Source: Paragordius varius
Taxonomy: Eukaryota > Animalia > Nematomorpha
Direction: 5' to 3'
Assembly: GCA_964247055.1 (NCBI GenBank)
Contig: OZ176054.1
Span: 10,974,001 to 11,038,000 of the forward strand
Length of the DNA: 64,000 nucleotides
Position 1 is the first letter of the stretch; each line of letters opens with the position of its first letter. A model generated the notes under the pieces. The model made no database searches. It saw only the letters and a program-made list of their open reading frames with translations, and had not been told where the DNA came from. This document shows positions 30,393 to 41,511 of this stretch, piece after piece. The position numbers and the translations under genes are program-made.

Positions 30393-33300
30393 AAAAATAA
30401 ATTATTATCCTATATCATGACTGTATAAACAAATATAAAAGTTTGAATTGTGTAATATTTATCAACCACCAAACTTTACATCTATTTTTTCACCTAATAA
30501 GATGTAACCCCTGAATTGCTCTATTCAACTAATATTAAATATGGAATATTTATCCTAATAACTTTTATAATTTCTTGGCCCTTACTACTTTTACAATAGT
30601 GGTGTATTTGAAATACATGGAATTGTTGTTTAAGAAAAATAAAATGTGTTTTAAATTGTAAAAGGATTTCGTACAGTAAAAATCTAATAAAAAGATCTGT
30701 ATGGTGTTCAAATAAATTGATTTTAAATTAAAATGATTTTAATATATTATCCAAGGCTTTGCACATGTCAGCTTATATGAGACATCTGATTATTGTAGTT
30801 TTTTTAAAAAGGCTAAAATGGGTACGTGAACAAGAATATGTAATAGAAATAATATAAAGCGGTAATTCATTTTTTATTATAATCTTTAAATTAATTTAAC
30901 AAAACATTCATGAATATTCCTTCCGATAATATGATTAAAACTAATTTTAAGCTAATATAAAAAAATCACATATTCCCCTTTCTTCATTACTATCAAAAAA
31001 GCAATGAGCATAAAGTTATCGGTACTATAATGTAAAACAATCTCATTTATAACATAATTAAATTAAGTTTCGAAATTCGTTAATACTAAATTACAATCCC
31101 AATAACTGCCATTACAAATGAATATCATATCAAATGCTACATATAAGATGAAAATTTAGTTGTTTCATTAAAAAAGAAGCAAATGAGTAGAAAAGGCACA
31201 GGATGAAAATATTTGGTTAAAATTTTACGCCAATTTTTAACTTGTGAGTGGTTTAAATAGCTCTTAGAAAATTATATTATTAATTTTATTATTATTAAGC
31301 TATATATTAAAAAATATAGTTTTGCCTTTTTATTATATTATTATTGTTTGACCTAATGTGCGAGCGATATACGATTTTGGCTAATAGGTAAAAAATTAGA
31401 ATAACTTTATATCAACATTTTTTTATATTAATTATATCAAGCTTAAATGACATATCTTTTTACCCACACCGTATAATGTAAACAATTCTAAAATACGTTG
31501 TAATAGAATGATTTGTTCTACTTTAAACAAAAATGTAAAATTTATGATTGGGATAAAGAGTTTTAATTATTATTAATTTATTTGATTAAAACTTGATTTT
31601 TTGTTTCACAGCAAACATGGATTTAAATGGAAGAGTCAACTGACTTCAGTAATGAAATCCATATTCCTTGATTTCTTGATTACTTAAAAACGTAAATAAA
31701 ACAAATTAAATATTTTGGGCCTAATCCCCAAATATTTGATTTTACGTTTTTTGTAATCAAGAAAACTCAAAAAGTAAAATAGGCCTTCATTCCTTATCTG
31801 ATATTTAATTCAGACATTTGATCAATTGAAACGAGTTAACTGTATTTCTTCTAATGGTGAGGTGGATAATTCTAACCGTGGTTAATGGAATGAAAAATAT
31901 TTCAATCATTGGATATTCTGAAATTCGGATTCATGGATCAAAAATTTTATGAACAAAAGGTTTATTATGTTTGCATTTTCAAAAAACCGCCACTGAAAAT
32001 GGCACACATAATTCGCCTGATCAACATTACATATTTTGGTAGAAAGACTAAAAAATTTGTTACCATAAGTCCAATCACGTAGGCATTTTCAATGTCACCA
32101 GATTGAAAATTGCTTACACAGTATGCTTTACTCATTACTCAATTTTTTCTCACAAGAAATATAACACACAATAGGAAGAATATATGGAATTAACTCGTTT
32201 CAAAATATTTGGATTTTCAGTTATGAGAAAATCAACTCATTTTAACCTTACCAAACGTTTTTGACTTGGGCTGCCACACAAGTCAAAACCCAAACGCCAC
32301 ATCTACAGCTTATAAAGTGCACTGACCCTAATGTAACCTCATCCCTGGCTTTTAGAACAATGACACATTTATATTTATGCTATTCGAATGTTTTATGATT
32401 ATATACTAATGTTAATTATTTTTTAAATAAATGTAAATGATACATTTATATATATACATATAAATTATGCTTATAAATATCTCTTTAATTGGTATTAGGT
32501 ATATCTTATAACATTATAGAATGTACACAAAACATATATGGTTAAATTTTTTGGCAGACTATGGTATTAGGATTTTATGGTGTATTGGCTTTAAGGCTTA
32601 CTCATTTAATCACTCAACTAACTCCATTTTTAATAGGAAATAAATAATTTAAAATTTAATTTTGTGATATATCATTATCTCACTAGCAAAGAAAAGGGAA
32701 CGGTGGTCAATCGAATGCATGAGAAATATGAAAAGAATCGATAATTTGACATTTAAAAATGGCTTTAAATACACAACAGGGTTTACTCAGATCGTAGGAT
32801 TTATTTCTCCGTTTTGAACAATTTCTAATTTATTCATTATTTAATATTGTTAACGATGAATATGATTGAAAAATTTTGTCAATACTGGCTTAAGAACCTA
32901 AATTACTAATAAGTTAAACCATTTGCTGGCAAAGGTAGTTATTTATGCAATAAAAAATTTTTCACAATAAATCGTTAAATTAATGTTAAGCTGAGTTATA
33001 TTTAGAAAAATTTCATTTAGAGCAAAGTACCAGTGCATATATCCACGATATATATATACATGCATCAGGATTCCCATAATGAATAGTGCTATTTTAAAGG
33101 TTGGAGGTAATTGTTTCATATCAAAAAATCGCAAAATTAGCGCATATGTTAAATAAATATTTTTGGTTAAAATACTACTATATTGAAGAATATATTATAA
33201 ACTATAGACAATATTTTCAATATAAATTTGTTGGCTAATTCTCAAATTTTTGATGCCTCAGTGTGCTAATTTTCATAAAATAAACCAAGTGCCGAATTTG

Positions 33301-34041
33301 CGCGATAATGATTTTAACTATATAATGTAATGTAATATTACATAAAATAAGTTTTTAAACTTTTTATAAAGAGTACGGGTGAGTTTAAACTAGTAATTAA
33401 TTAGGTACAAAAAATAATTGCAGTAGAATATCTAATATATATTAATTCTCCTACCAAATTATTTTTTTCTTTTTAGCTAATATGAAAAAAATGCTATGGA
33501 ATCTTAAAAACCAACTTAATTATAATTTTAAAATATACTTTCTTAATGACATTATTAATTCATCATATAACTCTGTTTTGGGTACACCGCTCATTGTAAA
33601 AACCGTTGAACATAAGGGTTAAAATGGATACAAAAAATCCACACCGCAAGCAATTAACCCAGTGTCCAGCACAAATGTTCACGCGAGCTATTTATTGTTT
33701 TTTATAATTTTAGGCCCGCTTTCAAATGACATATGTTAAATAATAGTAAAATTTTAAAAATCCAATTTTTTATTTCACCATTTTTTAACCACTTTTGCAT
33801 AGAAAACAAAACGTGTTAAACATCTCTTATTTAATTACTAAATCGACTTTTTTATTGTATTATAAATTAACAGACAAAAGCGTGTTTGCATGATTCGCCC
33901 CCGCTTTTATCAAAAAAAATGTAAATTCAATAAAAATCCCAAATCAATCATAATATTATCACGAACTCAAACCAATTGAAAGTTAAAAGCTAATTTATTG
34001 TGAAAAAATTAAGACACGGTAGTAAATGCATCATAACATGA

Positions 34042-35047
34042 TTAAATAGATTGTTCTATAAATCTACGGTACGTATTTAGTTTAGTGGCCATAGACATAT
34101 CAACGTATTTATCCCCAATACGAATTATCAAACCACCAATTATAGATGGGTCAACCTATGTTTTAGATATAAACTATCTATAAAACTTTGGAAGAAATCT
34201 TTAAAATTTGATTCTTTGTGAGAAAGCCTTGCAGTGATGTTTCAATTTCAAGTAACATATCTTTTTCCAGAGGTTAACAAAGATATATTGATTGGTTAAA
34301 AAATGCAAAAAAAACTTGGGCACTAATTATTTCGGCTTGGACTTCTCCTCTGTGAGCAGACATTAGCGTTTCAAAAGCTTTAATGATACTTTTTAATTTA
34401 TTATAGCGTCCATTTTCAATGACAAGGCCTAAAAGTAATAAAATAAGACACGTAAAAATCAAATGACCATATTTAAACCATAAATATTTTGTAAGATAAC
34501 TTATTTTGTAAAAAATCAGGAATATAGATGTAAATTGGTAACAGTCAATTATCTTACTTAAAATTATAACATAGCTTATATCGGAAAGAAAATATTAAGG
34601 TTTAAAAAGTATGGTTGGTGTTATAAAAAAATTCTTTTAATTTTTACGGTAAAAACGTAAAAATACCTAAAAAGTTTGTCGTAAGTGATGACGCTCCATA
34701 TTTCCCAAGATAGTTTATTAAAAACTCTTTTTTAGGTTTCTTAGCAATAAGTGGGTTATTAACGATCGATGACAACTTTTCATCTTTGGCAAGAGCCGAA
34801 CTAAATTTTTTTAATTCATTTTCCACATCATTCAATTTTTTCTCTTTATGCGATGCTGAATAAAGGGCGTGGGCATAACGTCCTTCAAGTCCATATAATT
34901 GTATTGGTGGCTAAAAATACAATAGTTAGTATTATAAAAATTTTGTAAAAATCATATAGTTAAATTTTTTTATACCTTAGCTAAACTAAAACGCTTTGTG
35001 GAATACGAAAAAAATCTAACGAGTGTGGTGTGCGTAGAAGAAAACAT
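34042..35047 (-). CDS. ATP5PO: Mitochondrial ATP synthase subunit O (OSCP), 5 exons, 209 aa
   Basis: Exons 34976-35047, 34667-34910, 34316-34428, 34187-34273, 34042-34155 (630 nt). Motifs PPIQLYGLEGRYAHALYSA, ENGR, FETLMSAHRGEV, VDPSIIGGLIIRIGDKYVDMS. Intron 3 ends in AA rather than AG. Confidence 0.95.
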
Positions 35048-35077
35048 GTTCCATATGTTTTAAAAAACAAGCACAAC
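35048..35077. promoter_or_regulatory. 30-bp spacer between divergent start codons (bidirectional promoter or overlapping 5' ends)
   Basis: ATP5PO ATG (minus) at 35047 and MRPL35 ATG (plus) at 35078. Promoter function is inferred from geometry only. Confidence 0.55.
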
Positions 35078-35563
35078 ATGCTTTCAAATTTGTCCACCTA
35101 CAAAATATTTCACCGTCTTTATTCAATATCCGTTCCAGAGATGGAGTTTAAATATTTTTTTTAATTTATTCATAGAACAATTACTCGTTTTCACATTACG
35201 GATGGAAAGTTTCGTGGGTGTGAAGATGTTTATAAACGGTTTAAGAGATTGGATTGGGGTGCTTGGATTTACCGTAAACCTGGCTATCATAAACGAAGAT
35301 GGAAGATGACCCATGAACAAAGAGAAACTTGTGATGATAATGTTTTCTGCACTGGTTTAACTCAATTCTAAAATAATATTTTAGCTAAACAATCCAAAAA
35401 ATTAGATCTTATGTCTCACAAAGATTTTATCAGGGAACGTTTTTATATCAATGATCCCTTTGAGCGCTACAATAAACGATATATAAAAGCTCCGTTACCT
35501 AGGGCTGTTCCATCTTACAAATATCACATTTTGAATTGCCATTACGATACTGATATATATTGA
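35078..35563 (+). CDS. MRPL35: Mitochondrial ribosomal protein bL35m, 3 exons, 141 aa (missed by the ORF track)
   Basis: Exons 35078-35145, 35176-35354, 35385-35563, with two 30-nt GT-AG introns, in frame (426 nt). The translation contains VYKRFKRLDWGAWIYRKPGYHKRRWK, NVFCT and QSKKLDLM..RFYINDPFERY, matching the MRPL35 pattern ([45 protein letters not shown]). Confidence 0.88.
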
Positions 35564-35750
35564 TGCATAAATGTTTGATAAAAAATAAAGAATATTTAAT
35601 TTATAGTTTTTGTCAATTAATTATTTCGTTAAGTTATGTTATCTATTAAAGAAATTGAAGATTTTATTGTTTTTTTGATCAAGCTAGGTAAAATAAAAGA
35701 TTAACAGGAATAGGTACGCGATTCGGGTCTCTCACCGGTTAAGACTAGAT

Positions 35751-37778
35751 CAGTGGTACTCAAACCACGGGCCGCATGCGGCCCTCAGAGTGCTTTAAAC
35801 TTGTCCTATGACCATAATGATACTTAAATTATTTTTTTTATTGATGAATATACACGTAAAAGTCACCTATTTTAATATGAATTTATTTTCTTTTGATTTA
35901 ATTTTGGTAATATTTATTTTTTACCCATGATATATAAATAAATTCCACTACATTAAAATAATTTCAAAATTTTGGCACACATTGTTTCTGTATTCTATTT
36001 TTTCTATTTTTATTGTCTTTTTTTTGTATTTAAGCAAGCCTTAGAAAATGATGAGGAAAGGTATACCAGAAAAAAATCTATTATGTCCATAGCTTTCTCT
36101 CAGGAAAAAGCTGTAACATTAGCTTCGTATGAAATTTATATTTTAGGAAAAAATATGAAACTGTTTACTGATTCCCAACTAATAGAAGAATGTCTAACAA
36201 ATGGTTGCTCTTTTTTATTTGATAAATTCCATAATAAATATCAAATCATGAGGCAAATTAAAAAACTTCCAACATGTGCTCCATGCATTGAAGATATGTC
36301 TAAATATATTTTTAACAATACTTATTGGCTCCGAAACTGCAAATAATATAGTATTGCTATTGATTCTAGCACTGATATTAGTTCAACACCTCAATGTGCC
36401 CTCTTCGAGATTTTGCAACGACAACATAATCACGAGGAATATTAAAAATCTTTACCAATGAATTATATCACGAAAGGAAGTGATTTTCTCTGAATAATTA
36501 GCACTTTTTTACTAATAATGGTGTATCTATGAAAAAATTGTTTTGATCTGCACAGATGGCTGTCCCTCTATGATTGGAATAAACAAAGGATTTATTACTC
36601 TTTTGAAAAACAAAATAATATGCTTTATTCATCAGCAAAACTTGGTTTCGCGATTAAAGGATTAAATCATCCAATTCAGTAATTAAACCGGATGTGAGTA
36701 TAGTTAACCACATCCGTGGCAGAGAATTCAACCGCCGTAAATTCAAAAACCTTCTGAAAGATCACAGTGAGTCTGATGATATTATTTTGTACACCGCAGT
36801 GAGATGGTTAAGACTTAGCAAAGGATTTTTGTTTTAACATATGAAATTTTATTATATATAAAAAAATAACACTAAGTTTGACGAGAAAATCAAAGGGTGG
36901 GTTTTATTAACCTACCTTTGCGACATTATTTATAAACCTTGTATTTTTAATACAAGTCTTCAAGGGAGCAAAATAATACAATTTACAAATAAAATTTGAA
37001 ATTAATAATATACCAACATTTTATAGATAAAATACTCATTTGCCAACACTTAAAACGATTCATAAAGAAAATATGGAATTTACCGCGGAGATTTATTTAA
37101 TAATAGACAATCATTTAACATTTTTATCTAATGAGATGAAATTCAGATTTCAAGAATTAAAAAATATTAAATTATTTAAAATTCGTTGATTCATGGCAAT
37201 GGATATTTCCAATATTAAACAGCTTGAGCATTTCGGTTTTGATCAGGCGCATATCATTGGAGAATTTGTAGATATTAAAAATGATTCCAATTTGGAGGCT
37301 ATATTCAAGGAAAATCGTAAAGAAAGATATGTAGAGTTTTGGCAAGATGTGCCAAATAAAACTGAAAATATAAAAAATATGCTCAAGTTATCCCAACTGT
37401 TTTCCCCTCAACTTACATGTGTGAGACGGCATATTCAAAAATGAAGTATGTGAAGAATACGTATAGAAATCGCTTAACCGATGATCATATGCACGACGTA
37501 TAATTGGCCTATGAGGCGAAACCAAATTTGTCAAAAATTATTTATTAATATAAAATAAATATTGTTATCAAAATATTTTAATTTTTTAACTCAAAGGTGC
37601 AAAACGAGTTTTAGCTGGATTTACACGCAATTCGCATAAAATTCATTGTGCTGATTTAAAGTATAAATAGGTGCATATGTGTCAAATAGCTCTGGAATAT
37701 TTGCCATTATAAGGTTCATGCCCCTCGAAAAAAAAATATTTTATTTGGCCCGTCAAATTTTTTTGGTGAGTACCACTG
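35751..37778 (+). mobile_element. hAT (Buster/SPIN-like) DNA transposon with decayed transposase
   Basis: TIRs CAGTGGTACTCA...TGAGTACCACTG. Perfect 8-bp TSD GACTAGAT (35743-35750 and 37779-37786) with the central TA typical of Buster elements. GGGCCGCATGCGGCCC subterminal motif. Transposase remnants YSIAIDSSTDISS, CTDGCPSMIG and CFIHQQ, broken by stops and frameshifts. Confidence 0.92.
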
Positions 37779-39204
37779 GACTAGATTAATGATGATAAAT
37801 CCAAAAATTTCTTTCATAAGTTAACATAGCTAAATCAACATTTTTTAATTTTAAGATAATATGTCGATAAATGTAAAATACATTGGTTGGGGTTCTGGTC
37901 AGTTTATATTAAAAAGGCGTTTAAATATAACCTCCGCTATGTTAAGTAAATTAAACCAGGATTGCGTACGGCTCACACATTTCCCACCTCAAAATATGTT
38001 TGAGAGTTTTGTTTTTAAAAATTTCCTATGAGAAGGAGTTTATTTAATTAAATAATTAAATTTATTATAATCGGCCCTATCAAGGGCTTCGAACCGTTTT
38101 GAAAGTGTAGAACCGAGGTGGTTGCTTAAAAATCTAACAGATCCGGAACCGATTTCATTTTTTCTGACCTTTCATTCATTGATTTTTACAACATTTTTAT
38201 TAAATAAAACCAAAATATAAAAAATTGTAAATGATGACATAATTTCTTAGCTAAAATACAATGGTAGGTAAGTGTATCTCTATTAAGGTATTTAACTTAA
38301 AAATGATTTTACCAAGCAATTCGAAAAAAATTCTCATCTCAAACTTTTTTACCGCCATTTTTTCCAATAATTTTTTTAAGAGACAAAATAATATGTTTAT
38401 TATATATAGCAGAAAATGTATATCATCAACTTTAAATAGCTTTCAGGCTAAAATTCACCAGCAAAAACTTGATATATCAATTTTAATATCAGCTGTTTAT
38501 TTCAATTGTGTTTTGAGTTGTTAAACTCTAGAAGTCACAAAATTGTACAATTTATTATCTAATACATAAGAACAATGCCTAATAATTTTTTAACTAAAAT
38601 AACTTTCAAAACTGAAGCTGATTTACAAAATTGATCTCTGGGATATAAAACTATCCCAGAAGGTCCACTAGGACAAAAAATGAAAAGGTAAAGAAGTGTT
38701 AAACAACAACTTTTTTAATTATAATGGTCATTCCATTTTGATGAAAGACTAAAATAAATGTAATTATACAATCAATATTATATAAATTAAACAATAAGTT
38801 TTATTTTTCAAAAATAATCCATATGAAAACCAATTATTTTGGAGGTGAAACCGAAACCGGTAGATTGCCAAAAATTTGATGCAAACGTCCTACTAAAATC
38901 TTAGGAACCAGGTTTAGGTTCTATATGGTTCCTGTTAAAAGCCATGTAAAATTCCATTTTTTATACTTTTCCAGAAAATTTAAAGTCAGCTGTCTACACT
39001 TATTGATAAATTTGTAAATTTATATTATAAGATTCGTGTGGTTAAATAAACGGTGTTTTAATATGTTATATAAGGCCTTAAATATATGTTTTTTATGAAA
39101 TTTTACCATTAATTAGATGGCTTATTACTAATAGTTGAAGTAATTATAAATGTAATTTTGTGTTAAAACACATGTAAAATTAACCATATTTAATAAGCGG
39201 TATA

Positions 39205-40318
39205 TACCAAGTGTAATCACAAATTATTACCGATATTATTCAGCAAAACAACAGTCAAAAGTATGCCTACAGTTTATTTGATACATACCCCATTTTGTTC
39301 ATCTCACACAAGTTGAGTTCGCCAAAAACTAGCTTTTAATTTTTATTATTTAATAATAATGTCCAATTTTTACCTGAAAAACAACATTTGTGACACTCAT
39401 TCCCATCACGAGAAAAATTTAATATATAGCAATCGTTCCCTCTAACAAAAACGCATCGTAACATGCTCTATCAATTAACAGATGTGAATCATCGTTTCAA
39501 AATATTAAACGCTGCGATTTTATGTAGAGTGTTGGCACTTAGACGCTAAAGTGCAAGCGTTAATGGATGATGAACCAACTCACACTTAATTATTGGAGGC
39601 ATTACATGTATCACAAAAAGAGCAGATGACTACGAGTAATGGGAATTACTAAGAAGCTCGGTAACTGGGTACACAATAAAATGAAGTCAAATCGCAAAGT
39701 TATTTAAAATTCTAGTTTAAAGATAATTATTTTTGTTGAATTTAGACGGGTGATGAGAAGTTTTGTAAATATAAATCGAAAAAATCGTGGCTCGCATCTT
39801 GTCAAGCCGGTACATTAACATCAAGACAAATGGCTTCGGCAATAAGATGCTATGTATTTGGTGGGACCAAAGTGGTATTGTGTATTATGAACTTTGAAGC
39901 TAAGTAAAACAGTTAATAAACAATACTATCGCCAACAATTGATTATTTAAAACCATACATTAAACGAAAAACGGCCAGGATGGGCCAAAAGACACGGGAA
40001 GCAATTTTCATGACAATGTTCCGCCTCACACAGCCAAACAGTGAAAACCCCCCTATAATCTGAAATTCTTTCGCCACTAAACACTCGTGAGTGGCGCCAC
40101 CTGACTGCATCTTAGCATCAATGGGACACACGCTGGCAGATCAGCATTTCAATAATTTTAAAGACAAGACTAATACTTTTTTGGTACGGCATTCATATAT
40201 TACGTAAGAGATGGACCAAATGTGTAGAAGCTGATGGACAAATTTCAAATAAAATAATTGATTATTAAAAATTACATTTTTTAATTATAAACGGTAAAAC
40301 ATATCACTACACCTGGTA
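39205..40318 (+). mobile_element. Decayed mariner (D,D34D) transposon
   Basis: TIRs TACCAAGTGTAATCAC / GTAGTGATATG-type right end (..CACTACACCTGGTA), with TA on both sides. Remnants TGDEK (~39745), CIWWDQSGIVYYEL (~39855), HDNVPPH (~40010), APPDC (~40095), RWTKCVEADG (~40210). Multiple stops. Confidence 0.88.
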
Positions 40319-40479
40319 TATACCTTTTTGTGCATCTAATTCGCTCTCCTGGGTATAAGAACGTGTGCATATCTAACAATTCCAAATTTAAATGTGCATG
40401 TTTAATAATAAAATGATGCAATAGATGATAGTTTTTCGAATACTAATATTGCCTTTAAACTAATGTTTCAATGTATAAA

Positions 40480-40860
40480 TATGTGTTGCAAGTAGTCTTT
40501 TAAGTTTATCAAATATATCTCCTTATCCGAGTTGATCCGTTGCTTTTCTTCTGGGCTTTCTTTTCGATTTCGACTGAGTAATCTTTAAAGATTACTTCTA
40601 TCATGTTCTATCATTTTTAGATTATACGAATTTCTGGTTGGAATTGTTTGACTTACCATTATGACTCCCTCATCCCGTAATTGTGGGGCATGTTTGTCAA
40701 GGATTCGAATACCATTATTTACTCTATGCGAGAGTACGCCCGTTTTTTAAAATAATTGTATCTTTTCTCGACTCCAGATTTATTTTATTTTTTATGTACA
40801 TATCTGCATCCGGCATAAAAATTTGAAGGATACCACTATCTAATTGTTTCGAGGGTGTTC
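40480..40860 (-). mobile_element. Possible decayed CR1/L2 LINE fragment
   Basis: The minus strand reads ..GIRILDKHAPQLR.. amid stops. LDKHAP resembles the motif between endonuclease and RT in CR1/L2 ORF2. This rests on a single short motif. Confidence 0.3.
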
Positions 40861-41511
40861 CTCAAATAACCCAAAACGGTGTATTAATATTTTTTAACAT
40901 TTATAAGTTTAACGAATTCATTAACATCTAAACGATAAGATAACTCCATGTCGAATTTGAAAAGGGAAAGACAAATGAAAACAGAAAGATGATATCCGCT
41001 TAGAGTAGGAGAAGCGCGAGATCGGTTGTAATATATGACAAATTATAATTAATACATGTAACATTAGTTTGAAGGCATCCTAGTATTTAAATATAACTTT
41101 TGCAATCCTTTTATTGTATCACCCTATTATTAACATGTACACTTTAGTTAGCCTCCTTGTTATAATGTACGGGTTATTTTACTAGTCCTATATTGATATA
41201 TAACATCCTAAATTTATAGTTATTTTTTTCTTGGGATTCATAATTTTACTTATTTTATAATTTTACTGTTTCACCATTTGCGCGATTGATATGATAAAGT
41301 AAGTGTGTGTATAAACAATAACCTTTAAAAAATTAAATCGACTATTTCCTTAATTATTTCTTTAACAAACACATTTTAAATTTAAAAATTTGTTTAAATT
41401 TTAAAATTTTTAGCTTTCATTACATCGTAAAAAAGTAATTAACATATATTACATATTTATTGTTACATATTACAAAAGGGAAGGAAAATGCGTAATAAAA
41501 ATAACAAAAAA

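Noticed and set aside
31770-33620. Less AT-rich stretch with stop-riddled coding-like frames and a ..AAGGG|TTAA piggyBac-like end at ~33620
   Set aside because: No diagnostic transposase motif or matching left TIR found; left unclassified.
40680-40715. GGATTCGAATAC as a tRNA B-box
   Set aside because: No A-box, cloverleaf or acceptor stem around it; no tRNA, rRNA or snRNA gene could be supported anywhere in the window.
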